From positions 64,013 through 128,012 of the forward strand of contig JACPHO010000002.1 in assembly GCA_016188545.1 (NCBI GenBank): a stretch of 64,000 nucleotides of DNA. The letters run 5' to 3'. Both the position numbers and the translations under genes were made by a program. Below are positions 10,219 to 20,354 of this stretch, piece after piece. Below the pieces are notes generated by a model that saw only the letters and a program-made list of their open reading frames with translations, was not told the origin of the DNA and made no database searches. Numbering within the stretch: position 1 is the first letter of the stretch; every line of letters begins with the position of its first letter. Origin of the DNA: Candidatus Shapirobacteria bacterium (lineage in GTDB: Bacteria; Patescibacteriota; Microgenomatia; UBA12405).

Positions 10219-10738
10219 CGAAGAAATTATAGGGAGGATAAAGAATGGGAATAGCGAACTATATGGGGTGATAGTGAAAAAATATCAGAGTTTATTGATG
10301 AGATATGTCAGAAGAGTAACAAATCAAGCCGAAGAGGAGGTTGAAGATATTGTCCAGGAGGTGTTTATTAAGGGATATGAAAACGTTCAGAGCTTTGATC
10401 AAACCAAGAAGTTTAGTAGCTGGATATATAGAATTGCCCACAACCTTTGTATTGATTTTTTTCGCAAAAAAACACCAATAACCTCGGTGATTGAAGACGG
10501 TGAGGAATTGTTTGAGTCCGGAGAAAAATTAATAGAAGAACTGACTATTGAAAAAGAAAAGCGAAAAGAGATATTAAGGGCAGTTGAAAAACTAGAGCTA
10601 AAATATAGGGAGGTAGTACTCCTCTACTACTTTGAAGAAAAAAGTTATGAAGAAATAAGTGATATTTTGCATATAAATACTTCAAATGTGGGGGTGTTAT
10701 TACTACGAGCTAGAGAAAAGCTGAAAAAATTAATATGA
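10199..10738 (+). CDS. ECF RNA polymerase sigma factor
   Basis: EDIVQEVFIK, FSSWIYRIAHNLCIDFFRK, region 4 SYEEISDIL. Confidence 0.93.
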   Translation: MSRQKTDEEIIGRIKNGNSELYGVIVKKYQSLLMRYVRRVTNQAEEEVEDIVQEVFIKGYENVQSFDQTKKFSSWIYRIAHNLCIDFFRKKTPITSVIEDGEELFESGEKLIEELTIEKEKRKEILRAVEKLELKYREVVLLYYFEEKSYEEISDILHINTSNVGVLLLRAREKLKKLI

Positions 10739-11136
10739 AAAAAAATATTCAAAAGGAAATACTAGACAAGATCAAGAGAGGTGAACTAAAAATGAAACCA
10801 AGGTGGCAATTTGAAGTAAAAGAGAAAGGTAAAAAAGGTGTGGCTTTGGGAACATTGATTTTGGCGGCGATAGCAATAACGACAGTAATTTTCTTTGTTA
10901 GAGAATACGAACCTTGGACTTTGTGGGAGTTGGGTGAAGTGGGAAAACAGATTGTGATTGAGGACTTTCCATACTGGTGGTTCTTGGCCGGAGCAACAAT
11001 GGTAGTTGGTTCAACTGCGGTGATAAAGAATGTGGGAGATAACTACAAAAGAAGTGCTCGTGATATCTGGACGATGACAATTATCACTACAGTAGTGATA
11101 ACAACACTAGTGTGGTTGATTTGGGGATTATTCTAG
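10735..11136 (+). CDS. Small multi-TM protein, putative anti-sigma factor
   Basis: ATGA overlap with ECF sigma; three hydrophobic segments. Confidence 0.6.
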   Translation: MKKNIQKEILDKIKRGELKMKPRWQFEVKEKGKKGVALGTLILAAIAITTVIFFVREYEPWTLWELGEVGKQIVIEDFPYWWFLAGATMVVGSTAVIKNVGDNYKRSARDIWTMTIITTVVITTLVWLIWGLF

Positions 11137-11391
11137 CTCGGAGTCGAGGCGGGAAAACTCTTGGTCGATTTGAGCGTTACTTTCTGACTCCATCTGGAGC
11201 AGAAGCTGATCATCGGAAAGGGTTGAGGGATCAGTTGTGGGTGCAGTCGAAATATCTTCTGAATAAGTTTGAGTATCAGAGTCAGTCTCAGTTTCAACAT
11301 TAACTCTCAGCTTGTCCACAGAGGAACAAGCTGAGAGGAGAAGAGAGAATGACGATAAAACAATGGTGGTTAGAATTATTTTTTTGGTCAT
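11128..11391 (-). CDS. Small lipoprotein
   Basis: Lipobox LSAC, acidic mature part. Confidence 0.7.
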   Translation of the reverse strand: MTKKIILTTIVLSSFSLLLSACSSVDKLRVNVETETDSDTQTYSEDISTAPTTDPSTLSDDQLLLQMESESNAQIDQEFSRLDSELE

Positions 11392-11413
11392 GTAATGATT
11401 TTACAACACAAAC

Positions 11414-12076
11414 TTATTTTGCCTTGACAACCAATCGTAGATCAACGACTAAGAATTGACGAATAGCTTTGAGGTCTTCGTTGATTTTCTTAGCTTGAGT
11501 ACGAAGATCATTTAGAAGTGATTTTGGATCACTGGCAGTAGCTACAGCCTTGATGGAAACTTCATATTTGGCGACATCAGCTTTAAAATTGGCCCAAAGA
11601 GTTTTTTGCTCATCAGAACCAAGGGAAGCTTGAGCTTTTAACAAATCTTGATTGCCAGGCAATTTGACTAGCTTTTGGGTAATACGGTCAGCAATAAGTT
11701 TTTGATATCTCTCAAGAGCAGAGGCTCTGACAGTGAAACTTCTGAGTAAGCCGTTTTGACTAGTAGTGAGGAGTTTGCGACGGAGATCGGTTTTATCTGG
11801 ATTTTCTGTGCCATTAAGATCTTTGCGGATTTCTTTAACATCTTCTTTGATTTCTTTACGGTTTTCTTTGACATCTTCGCGCATTTCTTTACGATTTAAT
11901 TGAAACTGGCGAAAGAGTCCAGACTTAGGGGTAACCGTGGCTGTAGTAGTAGCAGTAACTGTTGGAGAGGTAGCGGTAACCGCTACAGTAGAGGTTAGAG
12001 ATACTTCAGCATGAGCAGCGGTAGGAAAAAATAAAGCTGCAAAAAGAGCGACTGGGACTAGGTTGGTTGTTTTCAT
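11414..12076 (-). CDS. Secreted helical/coiled-coil protein
   Basis: Signal peptide ending AHA, Thr-rich linker, RKExKEDVKE repeats. Confidence 0.75.
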   Translation of the reverse strand: MKTTNLVPVALFAALFFPTAAHAEVSLTSTVAVTATSPTVTATTTATVTPKSGLFRQFQLNRKEMREDVKENRKEIKEDVKEIRKDLNGTENPDKTDLRRKLLTTSQNGLLRSFTVRASALERYQKLIADRITQKLVKLPGNQDLLKAQASLGSDEQKTLWANFKADVAKYEVSIKAVATASDPKSLLNDLRTQAKKINEDLKAIRQFLVVDLRLVVKAK

Positions 12077-12109
12077 ATTTATATAAAAAATAACTTGGTT
12101 ACCTACTGA

Positions 12110-12136
12110 TACGTCAGTTGGGGATAAAATATTACA
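12110..12136 (-). promoter_or_regulatory. Candidate ECF-type promoter
   Basis: Minus strand TGTAAT-17-CGTA about 34 bp before the 12076 start. Confidence 0.55.
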
Positions 12137-12175
12137 AATGAATTGTTCGAAAAAATCAGGGTGATAATTAGCACC

Positions 12176-13039
12176 TTAACCAATTAGTTTTTGACAACTT
12201 GGGCAGTAAAATGTTCCACGTCCACCAAGGGTAATCTTTTTAATAGGATCTTTACAGATCAAACAAGGTTCACCAAGTCGTTGGTAGACACGAAAGAAAA
12301 ACTGGTTACTACCAAAAGTGCCGTCGGGACGGACATATTTATTGTCTTTCATAGTGGAACCTCCGACAGAAACCGACTGACGCATAATGTCGATTAAGTG
12401 TTGGTGAATTTTAGTTGATTGTTCCTTGGTTATCTTATTGGCTGGGGTTGTGGGGTGGATGCGTGATAAAAACAGAGAATCGTTGGCATAAATATTGCCA
12501 ATACCAGCAAAATAGTGCTGATCCAGCAAGACAACTTTGACGGCTTGGGAAGATCTGTGGAGTTGGTGAAAAAGATAGTCGGCAGTAAAATTTTCACTAA
12601 AGATATCGTGACCTAAACTACTCTGAAAAGTTGCAAGTGATTTTGGATCAAAAGTTTGGATCCAGCCAAATTTTCGCTGATCGTTAAAATAGAGAGTAAA
12701 ATTGTTTTTAAACTTTAAAATTATTCTGGTCGATTTACTAGGGAGAGATGATGAGAGAGAGTCTTTGGTAGGGTGCCCCATAACTGTCCGAGCAGAATTG
12801 TTTACCAAAACAAGCTGGCCGGTCATTTTTAGATGAACCAAAACAATGTAGCCATTTTTTAGGTATATAGATAGTTGCTTACCAACTCGAGAAAAGCTAG
12901 TAATAGATTGGCCCACTACCAAGCTTTGATCACCAATAAAACTTTTTGGATTGAGAATATCCAAAGAAGCTATCTGTTGATGAAGCAGCTTGTCTTCTAA
13001 ATAAATTTTAACTACTTCGACTTCGGGTAATTCAGGCAT
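12176..13039 (-). CDS. mutM: Formamidopyrimidine-DNA glycosylase
   Basis: MPELPEVE, HLKMTG, DQRKFG, GIGNIY, C-terminal zinc finger. Confidence 0.97.
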   Translation of the reverse strand: MPELPEVEVVKIYLEDKLLHQQIASLDILNPKSFIGDQSLVVGQSITSFSRVGKQLSIYLKNGYIVLVHLKMTGQLVLVNNSARTVMGHPTKDSLSSSLPSKSTRIILKFKNNFTLYFNDQRKFGWIQTFDPKSLATFQSSLGHDIFSENFTADYLFHQLHRSSQAVKVVLLDQHYFAGIGNIYANDSLFLSRIHPTTPANKITKEQSTKIHQHLIDIMRQSVSVGGSTMKDNKYVRPDGTFGSNQFFFRVYQRLGEPCLICKDPIKKITLGGRGTFYCPSCQKLIG

Positions 13040-13111
13040 ACCTTGTGAAAAATCCTAAATCCTAAATTCAAAAGTAAAAAATAAAAACATGATTAGGAAT
13101 TATAGAACAAA

Positions 13112-14032
13112 TCAGATTAGATCGTCGAGGTCGATGGTGGAGACATTGTGGTTGGCAGCGAGTCGCTCGAGTCCAACTAACATGTCGGTGACACTATCCT
13201 GGATACTTGAAAATGAATTTAAAAATACTTGAGTTTGAGTAACATATCCCATTATTAATACCAAATGCGAGACATGTTGCACCCCGCTTGAAGTGGCATA
13301 TATCAGATAAAAAAGAATGAGTGAATAAAATAAAACTGATAGGTTCTGTAAAAGTGACCATTCGGTAAAGCCCCAATTGGTGACACGGCTATAGTGACGA
13401 CTCCATGATTTTTGTTCGAGGTCGAAATCATCACTTTCCTGGAGCTTGGCATAATAACTTTCGGTCTTGTAATTTAAATGGTCTTTAAGCTCGGCATAAT
13501 GGTTGGTGGTATAGTAGTCGATAGCTAAATAGATAAGAATGTAAGCAGTGGTTAGGACGAAGGTGCGAAAGTCGAGTGAATACAAAATTACCGGAATAAA
13601 GAGAAAAGAAACTAGACTATCGATTCCTGGCTGCTTGACCAAATCCAGGGTTACGGCTGAAGCATCGGCAAAATTTCGAATGGCTTGGACGGCCGCGTGC
13701 CGCTCCTCTTTGGTATCGGTTTTGAGTGTGGTTAAGAAATAGTTGTGGATATCAAAAGAGATATTGGAGATCTCGTGCTCGAGTCTGGTTATGGACTTGA
13801 GACGGAGAACGTTATCGATTACCCGAACAATAAATATCCAAACAACCGAAGAAAGAATATTTTTAATAGGGGCACCAGTTTCGACTTGTTTAATTACTTC
13901 GGAAAACTGATAGATAGTTACTAGCGGTAAGATGGCAGAAATAAAGCGAACAAGTAGCCAGAAAAATAAGGGGGCCTTCTGCTTGGCAACTTTGTAAATA
14001 AATCCAATTACTTTATGAGGACGGGGCTTCAT
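13112..14032 (-). CDS. ABC exporter transmembrane-domain-like protein without ATPase domain
   Basis: About six TM segments and ending ...VGLERL; no Walker motifs. Confidence 0.6.
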   Translation of the reverse strand: MKPRPHKVIGFIYKVAKQKAPLFFWLLVRFISAILPLVTIYQFSEVIKQVETGAPIKNILSSVVWIFIVRVIDNVLRLKSITRLEHEISNISFDIHNYFLTTLKTDTKEERHAAVQAIRNFADASAVTLDLVKQPGIDSLVSFLFIPVILYSLDFRTFVLTTAYILIYLAIDYYTTNHYAELKDHLNYKTESYYAKLQESDDFDLEQKSWSRHYSRVTNWGFTEWSLLQNLSVLFYSLILFYLIYATSSGVQHVSHLVLIMGYVTQTQVFLNSFSSIQDSVTDMLVGLERLAANHNVSTIDLDDLI

Positions 14033-14084
14033 TAATCAATTATCAATTAGGAATTAGGAATTAGCAATTTGTTAAAATGGGAGC

Positions 14085-15053
14085 ATGAGTGAAAATATAT
14101 ACGACACTATAATAATTGGTTCTGGCCCGGCTGGGTTGACGGCGGCAATTTATAACATTAGGGCGAACCTAAGGACAATTGTACTTGGAGGAGATCAGCC
14201 TGGTGGACAACTAACGCTAACAACTGTGGTGGAAAATTATCCCGGGTTTGCCACCGGAATTGGTGGACTAAAACTGATGATGGATATGCAAACTCAAGTA
14301 AAAAATTTGGGGGTGGAGATAAGAAACGCCAAAGTAATGGGCATTTCAAAATTCAAAATTCAAAATTCAAAATTCAAAATTGAATTAGAGGATGGACGGG
14401 TACTGGAGACAAAAGCGGTGATAGTAACGACAGGGGCGAAGGCAAGATGGCTTAATTTACCAAAAGAGAAGGAGCTAATTGGTAAGGGAGTATCAGCCTG
14501 TGCGACTTGTGATGGAATGTTTTTCCGAGACAAGACCGTAGTGGTGGTTGGAGGTGGTGATGTAGCTTGCGAAGATGCAATGTTTTTAAGTAAATTCGCC
14601 TCTAAGGTTTATTTGATTCATAGAAGAGATACTTTACGCGCCCAGGTTTATATCAGAGAAAAAATAAAACTAAATCCAAAAATTGAATTTGTTTGGGATA
14701 CTGAAGTAATAAATATAAATTCAAAAAATGAAAGTCAAAATTCAAAACTTGAAGATATTAAAATAAAAAATAACAAAACTGGTGAGGAAAAGGTTATGCA
14801 AATAGACGGATTGTTTGTGGCGATTGGACACGATCCGGCGACGAGTTTTGTCAAAGATTTGGTGGAATTGAAAGAAACAGGTCATGTGATCGTAGGAAAA
14901 AGTGAAAAGTATCCAACAATGACATCTGTTCCAGGAGTTTTTGCAGCCGGCGACAATGTTGACGACGTATATCGACAGGCAATTATCGCCGCGGGACATG
15001 GAGCAATGGCGGGAATGGATGCTGAGAGATGGCTGGGGGAGAATAAATCTTAA
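14085..15053 (+). CDS. trxB: Thioredoxin-disulfide reductase
   Basis: GSGPAG, VENYPG, CATCDG, GGGD, GVFAAGD. Confidence 0.97.
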   Translation: MSENIYDTIIIGSGPAGLTAAIYNIRANLRTIVLGGDQPGGQLTLTTVVENYPGFATGIGGLKLMMDMQTQVKNLGVEIRNAKVMGISKFKIQNSKFKIELEDGRVLETKAVIVTTGAKARWLNLPKEKELIGKGVSACATCDGMFFRDKTVVVVGGGDVACEDAMFLSKFASKVYLIHRRDTLRAQVYIREKIKLNPKIEFVWDTEVININSKNESQNSKLEDIKIKNNKTGEEKVMQIDGLFVAIGHDPATSFVKDLVELKETGHVIVGKSEKYPTMTSVPGVFAAGDNVDDVYRQAIIAAGHGAMAGMDAERWLGENKS

Positions 15054-15085
15054 ATCCCAAACTCAAAAGTAAAAAGTAAAAACAT

Positions 15086-15750
15086 ATGACAATTTTAGAC
15101 AAGAACAATCAACTACCAATACAAATTGACTATTCTAGACAATATAAACAGGGTGAAACATTTAGGACTTCGGCATTTGTCTTGGAAGTACAACATCCTA
15201 ATCCAACACAAAATGATGTTGCAAAAATCGAAGGTTTGAGATAGGGAGGAATGCAGTGCTTCTCTACTTGCTTTGCTGCTTGGGCAGTTATGCAAGATCT
15301 CGTCCAAAAAAATGAAGTTAGATCTCTTATTAACAAAATAGACCGTGCTCTAGAAAATAATGGGGGGGTGTTTATGGATATAGCAGCTTGGCAATTGAAC
15401 AACTCTCAATAAACGCCGAACAAAAAGAAGAGATTCAATCAGCAACAAAAAATTCAAGCGTTTCGGCCGAGTGGAATTCTCTATCAGAAACTGAGAGGGG
15501 AAGAAATAATGCAAATCTATTGAAAAATGGTGGAGCACTAATTTTACAAAGCGGAAATCATTACAGACTGGTCTGCATTGACAATACTTCTAGGTTAGTA
15601 ATATTTGACCCATTACTTGGTAAAGTGACACCCATCAATTCTGAAACGGTATATGATTACGCTCGGCCAGAAACTATTGGAAGAACCGGCGCTGTAATAA
15701 TTGAGCTACCAACCTTCAAGGGACAAGATGAGGATTTTATAATGAACTAG
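15086..15750 (+). pseudogene. Disrupted papain-fold (C39-like) cysteine peptidase
   Basis: ATG 15086 frame hits TAG at 15242 (LR*GGMQC), continues, then shifts frame at G7 (15362-15368) into ORF 15388-15750 with HYRLV and FDP. Confidence 0.6.
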
Positions 15751-15756
15751 GTGTTA

Positions 15757-15808
15757 ATGTACATCACATTGACAAGTTGTACAAAATAGTTTAGAATTTT
15801 TGTACAAA
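15757..15808 (+). promoter_or_regulatory. Toxin-antitoxin promoter with three TGTACA palindromes
   Basis: TTGACA(15769)-17-TAGAAT(15792); ATGTACAT, TTGTACAA, TTTGTACAAA; TGTACA is the core of YefM/Phd operators. Confidence 0.75.
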
Positions 15809-16074
15809 TGACTATAACAGTGCAAATATCAGACTTTCGAAATAACATGGCAATGTATTTAGCAAAATTGAAAGTGGGACAAATTATTGATATCAAAAAA
15901 GGAGGTAAGTATTTAGCAAAACTTTCAAAACATCCTAAGGCAGTTGAAACTAGAGAATATAAAGATGCTGACGAATTTATGGCTAAGTTGAAGAAAATAT
16001 GGTCAATGCAGGCAAAAAGTAAAAAGAAGACCAATTACAGTATGAGAGTGGATGAAATCTTGTATGGTAAATAA
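15808..16074 (+). CDS. Phd/YefM family antitoxin
   Basis: MTITVQISDFRNNMAMYL...IKKGGKYLAKL; upstream of and overlapping a PIN gene. Confidence 0.8.
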   Translation: MTITVQISDFRNNMAMYLAKLKVGQIIDIKKGGKYLAKLSKHPKAVETREYKDADEFMAKLKKIWSMQAKSKKKTNYSMRVDEILYGK

Positions 16075-16474
16075 AAAAATCCTGATCGATAGTTGTGTTT
16101 GGATTGCGTTTTATGACAAAAACGACAGACAGCATGAAAAAGCAGTAGAATATTTTGAAAAAAATAAAGAGAAACAGTTTTTATATGTTATACATTTTTT
16201 GGTGTTAATCGAAACTTTGTCAATTTTGAAATATAAAAAGTTCGACCCTGAGATATTAAAAGAAATTAGAAGGCATGCCTCTGGTACTGAAGAAATTGAG
16301 ATTGTTAAAAGGGGTGAAATTAACTTATCACCAAAGATGTGGGGGTTATTTGAAACGGTTAACAGACTTGGAGTAGTAGACGTAATTTTGCTTGACTATT
16401 GTCTTAAAAATAATATGGAGATAGTTACTTTTGATGTGGCATTGAATGAATTGTGGAAGAAACTAGTTTTTTGA
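16064..16474 (+). CDS. PIN-domain (VapC) toxin
   Basis: ILIDSCVWIA, DxxH, ET, VD and TFD acidic motif pattern. Confidence 0.88.
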   Translation: MVNKKILIDSCVWIAFYDKNDRQHEKAVEYFEKNKEKQFLYVIHFLVLIETLSILKYKKFDPEILKEIRRHASGTEEIEIVKRGEINLSPKMWGLFETVNRLGVVDVILLDYCLKNNMEIVTFDVALNELWKKLVF

Positions 16475-17543
16475 TTTTCTGAGCAAAAATGTCGTGGCTA
16501 AATTTTTGAGAGTGCATGATACAAACTGCAGAATCGAATTTTAGTTTTTCAAAGCGTTTGATAGCTGTAATAAGGGAGTCCACAGTAGGTTCATCAAAAA
16601 AAACACCTGTTTTATTCTCAACAACTGACTCAAGGTAGCCACCGCCACGAAAGGCAATGACCGGAGTTCCAAAATGCATAGCTTCGACGGGAGTCATTCC
16701 AAAGTCTTCATCGACAGACAGCGCAAAAAAGGCCTTGGCTTTGGCATAACAGAGATTGCGATCTTCATCAGAAAGTCGGCCGAGAAATTCGACTCGGTCA
16801 CCGGCTATTTTTTGGAGGTGGTGGTACTCCGTGTAATATCCAGCCGACTCTCCAATTATTTTTAGTTTAAAACCAAGCTTAATAGCGGCGTTTACAGCTA
16901 AATCTAGACCCTTGGCACCGACAATTCGCGAAGTGATTAGATAATAATTTTCTTTGGATACTTTTGGAACTGGTGGAAGTGAAACAGGTGGGTAAATAAC
17001 AATAGAATCACGGCGATAAAACTTTTTAATACGATTGGCTACATTATGAGAATTGGCGACAAACACATCTACTTTTTGAGCCTGTGAAAAATCGTAAAGT
17101 CGCATAAAGTGACCAACAATCGCGGCATAAATACGAACTGGCCAATACTTTTGAAACTCGATGGAAGTTTTGAAACCATAAAGCCAACGAGGTGGGGTGT
17201 GACAATAGCAGATTTCTTTGGTGGAAGGACCTTTGCGAAAGCCCTTGGTGATATACCAACTGGCTGAACCGATAACGACGTCGTACTGTGAGAAGTCAAA
17301 ACTACCCCAAATAAGTGGGGTTAGAAAACGAAGAGGACTATGGAGCTTGCTACTAAAAAATGGAATGTAGTGTGCCCAAGATGGAACAATAGTACGGTGC
17401 TTAAAGTGGTTGTAGGCAGTCGAGTTCTTTTTGTAAAAGGCGGTAAATATAGGGGCGTTGGGATAAATATCGGCTAACTCCGAGAGTACCCGTTCAGCTC
17501 CTCCAAACTCATTGAGATAGTCGTGAACGAGGGCGATCTTCAT
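16425..17543 (-). CDS. Glycosyltransferase family 4
   Basis: VHDYLNEFGGAERV, YCHTPPR, EDFGMTPVEA. Confidence 0.93.
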   Translation of the reverse strand: MKIALVHDYLNEFGGAERVLSELADIYPNAPIFTAFYKKNSTAYNHFKHRTIVPSWAHYIPFFSSKLHSPLRFLTPLIWGSFDFSQYDVVIGSASWYITKGFRKGPSTKEICYCHTPPRWLYGFKTSIEFQKYWPVRIYAAIVGHFMRLYDFSQAQKVDVFVANSHNVANRIKKFYRRDSIVIYPPVSLPPVPKVSKENYYLITSRIVGAKGLDLAVNAAIKLGFKLKIIGESAGYYTEYHHLQKIAGDRVEFLGRLSDEDRNLCYAKAKAFFALSVDEDFGMTPVEAMHFGTPVIAFRGGGYLESVVENKTGVFFDEPTVDSLITAIKRFEKLKFDSAVCIMHSQKFSHDIFAQKIKKLVSSTIHSMPHQK

Positions 17544-17579
17544 GATTTATGATATATGATTTATGAGATATGAATAAAA

Positions 17580-18521
17580 CTAGAAAAGGGTAGTTTGAGT
17601 GGATGTTGACACAGGCTGGGGAGGTTTTTGAGGATGGCGACGACGGATTCGTGATAAGAGAGATTTGAAGTTGTATTCTGCAAACAACTTTTCTAAGGAG
17701 AGGTAGGTGCCGGGGAGTAACTTGGCAGAACGGAGGGTAAATTTGAGTGGAATATTGGTAACCAAAGAGGCTAACTTTTGACTAAGATAGGCATTTTCCT
17801 TGTCTTTGAGGAGCTTTGATTTGACGGTGTCTTTGATCTCTGATGATTTTTCAAGAGCGGAATAGATATTATCCAAAGTTCGATACTTGGTTAATAGATC
17901 AGTAGCGGTCTTGGGACCAATGCCTTCAATCCCAGGATAATTATCCGATTGATCCCCCATCAAGGCCTTGAGGTCAACCACCTGATTGGGATTGACACCC
18001 AGTCGCTCTTTAACTGCCTCCGAGTCATAGACCTTGGTAACTGACAACCCTTGAACTGGCACGAAAAGATTAACTTTGTCGTCAACCAGTTGCATTAGAT
18101 CTTTATCGCCAGTAATAATGGTGACTTGGGTAATGATTTTTTTACCCTTTTTATGGCGCCTCAATGATTTTTTGGTGATTGTAGCGATAAGGTCGTCGGC
18201 TTCAAAGCCACCCATGGAATAATGAGAGATTCCAGCAGATTCTAATGTTTTAGGTAGGAGCGGAAGCTGAGTTTTAAGGTCAACATCGGCGGGTTTTCGT
18301 TGGGCGCGGTAACCGACAAACTCTTCATTTCGAAAATTGGGGCCTGGTGAGTCAAGACAGACAATAAGATACTTTGGTTTGAGGGTGTCGAGAGCCGAAA
18401 GAATCATCGAATAAAAACCATAAATAGCGTTGACAGGCTGACCATTGGAAGTAAGTGGGGGGATGGAGTGATAAGCACGGTGGGCTATGGCGTGACCGTC
18501 GACTATGACTAGATGAGACAT
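17580..18521 (-). CDS. Stand-alone 5'-3' exonuclease (PolA N-terminal domain)
   Basis: IVDG, RAYH, EADD, TGDKD, GDQSDNYPGIEGIGPKTA; no polymerase domain; start reassigned to MSHLV. Confidence 0.92.
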   Translation of the reverse strand: MSHLVIVDGHAIAHRAYHSIPPLTSNGQPVNAIYGFYSMILSALDTLKPKYLIVCLDSPGPNFRNEEFVGYRAQRKPADVDLKTQLPLLPKTLESAGISHYSMGGFEADDLIATITKKSLRRHKKGKKIITQVTIITGDKDLMQLVDDKVNLFVPVQGLSVTKVYDSEAVKERLGVNPNQVVDLKALMGDQSDNYPGIEGIGPKTATDLLTKYRTLDNIYSALEKSSEIKDTVKSKLLKDKENAYLSQKLASLVTNIPLKFTLRSAKLLPGTYLSLEKLFAEYNFKSLLSRIRRRHPQKPPQPVSTSTQTTLF

Positions 18522-18574
18522 AGGATAGTTTAGCAAGTTCATAAAGTTGGAGAGATAAGGTAGAATTTTAGGAG

Positions 18575-19504
18575 ATGGAACAGCACGCAATTCCACAGCA
18601 GATTTCGTCGTACGAATTCAAACTGGTGGGAGACATGACACTTAAGCAATTTTTGAAGGCCGCAGTGGGAATAGTATTGGCGGTAGCTATTAATGCAACT
18701 AATTTGATTTTTTTCCTTAAATATCCGCTAATGTTGATATTTGGTGGAGGTGGACTGATGATGGCATTTGTACCCTTTCAAGATAGACCACTAGAAACTT
18801 GGGTAATTGCATTCTTAAGATCAATTTATTCTCCGACAATTTATACATACAAAAAAATGCCGGATAAAGACTGGATAAGTTTGATGAATAGCAAATCTGT
18901 AGGAAGAGATAAGACCCTTGATGAAGCAGAAGAAGTGTCAGTGCCAGTGAAAGACAGTAATAAGGTCAGGGAGTTTATAGAATCTTTGCCAACAGTAAAA
19001 ATGAGCGAAGCGGTGATAGATGAACCAATAGAGGAAGACGAGAGGACATTGATTGGAAAAATCGGAATGGGGGGAAATACTAACAAACTTCCTGAAAGAG
19101 AATCTGATGTACCAGTAAAAACAGAGGAACCACCAAAAGAAAATTGGCGTGACAAAAAAGCAGAACTGGGGTTGAAAGCTGATAAAGTCGAGGCAACGGC
19201 TAAAGTTGTTTTTGGCGAAATTCCAATGCCAGATAAACCAGATATTCCAAATATGATGGTAGGAATGGTAACTAACAGTGAGGAGAAAATTGTAGATGGG
19301 GCAATTGTAGAGGTACAGGATAGTAAAGGAAACCCGAGTAGAGTGCTAAAGACAAACTCCCTGGGACAATTTAGAACAACCACTCCACTTTCGAATGGTA
19401 AATATTTGATCATTACTGAAAAAGAAAAGCTAGAATTTGACAGAGTCGAAGTCGAACTGGTCGGCAAAATAGTAGAACCAGTAAAAATAAAGGCGATAGT
19501 ATGA
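18575..19504 (+). CDS. PrgI family protein with C-terminal beta-sandwich domain
   Basis: HAIPQQISSYEFKLVGDMTLKQF, two TMs, carboxypeptidase-regulatory-like tail. Confidence 0.82.
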   Translation: MEQHAIPQQISSYEFKLVGDMTLKQFLKAAVGIVLAVAINATNLIFFLKYPLMLIFGGGGLMMAFVPFQDRPLETWVIAFLRSIYSPTIYTYKKMPDKDWISLMNSKSVGRDKTLDEAEEVSVPVKDSNKVREFIESLPTVKMSEAVIDEPIEEDERTLIGKIGMGGNTNKLPERESDVPVKTEEPPKENWRDKKAELGLKADKVEATAKVVFGEIPMPDKPDIPNMMVGMVTNSEEKIVDGAIVEVQDSKGNPSRVLKTNSLGQFRTTTPLSNGKYLIITEKEKLEFDRVEVELVGKIVEPVKIKAIV

Positions 19505-19579
19505 GGAAAAGTTAAAACATAAAAGTTAAAAGTAAAAAATAAAGAAATTTTTGACTCGAATATATGGTTAAATTAAACA

Positions 19580-20299
19580 ATGGGTGTTGATCCACTAAAG
19601 ATTGCAATTAGAGGTAGTACTCAGGAGCATTTGCCGATTGAGGATATTATCGATGGAATGGTGTTACTTAAAGATGGTTCTTGCGTGAGCATTTTACAGA
19701 TTTCTTCGGTAAACTTTGACCTACTATCAGAGCGTGAACAAGGTGCTTTGATTTTTTCTTATGGGGGAATATTAAACTCTCTCAACTTCCCAGTTGAAAT
19801 TGTGATTTACTCAAACACGAAGGATGTAACTTTTTATCTTAATAACTTGAAGAAAGCAGAGGAAAAACAGACGAACATGCTTTTACGGGAACGGATTGTT
19901 CAGTACAGAAAATTTATTGAAGAAACTGTCAAGAAAAATGATGTTTTGTCAAAAGCTTTTTATGTGGTGGTGCCTTTTTCGATTTTGGAACTAGGAATCA
20001 AGAGTATGTCTTCGCAGATGATGGGGGGGATGCCAGTGTTTACAAAGAAAGAGGCAAAAGAACTACCTTTTGCGAAAAGTTATATCTTAGAAAAAGCTAA
20101 GGCAAGTTTGGAACCAAAGAAGAACCATTTGAGTCGCCTTTTTTCAAGACTTGGGCTGGAAATTAGAACACTATCAACTCGGGAATTGATTGAATTATTT
20201 TATAAAATCTATAATGAAGATACTGCAGCCGTACAGCGGGTTTCATCTTTGAACTACGACTCACCGATGATTACTACTAAAGAAAACCCAAAATCCTAA
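19580..20299 (+). CDS. VirB4-associated conserved protein (TraC N-terminal-like)
   Basis: STQEHLPI, SVNFDLLSEREQ, LNSLNFP; between prgI and virB4. Confidence 0.7.
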   Translation: MGVDPLKIAIRGSTQEHLPIEDIIDGMVLLKDGSCVSILQISSVNFDLLSEREQGALIFSYGGILNSLNFPVEIVIYSNTKDVTFYLNNLKKAEEKQTNMLLRERIVQYRKFIEETVKKNDVLSKAFYVVVPFSILELGIKSMSSQMMGGMPVFTKKEAKELPFAKSYILEKAKASLEPKKNHLSRLFSRLGLEIRTLSTRELIELFYKIYNEDTAAVQRVSSLNYDSPMITTKENPKS

Positions 20300-20354
20300 A
20301 TCCAAAAGCCATGCCTACCGGCAGGCAGGTAAAAAATAAAAAGCAAAAACAATA

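Noticed and set aside
17580-18521. Truncated polA as a novelty
   Set aside because: Stand-alone 5'-3' exonucleases are well known; the ORF ends cleanly
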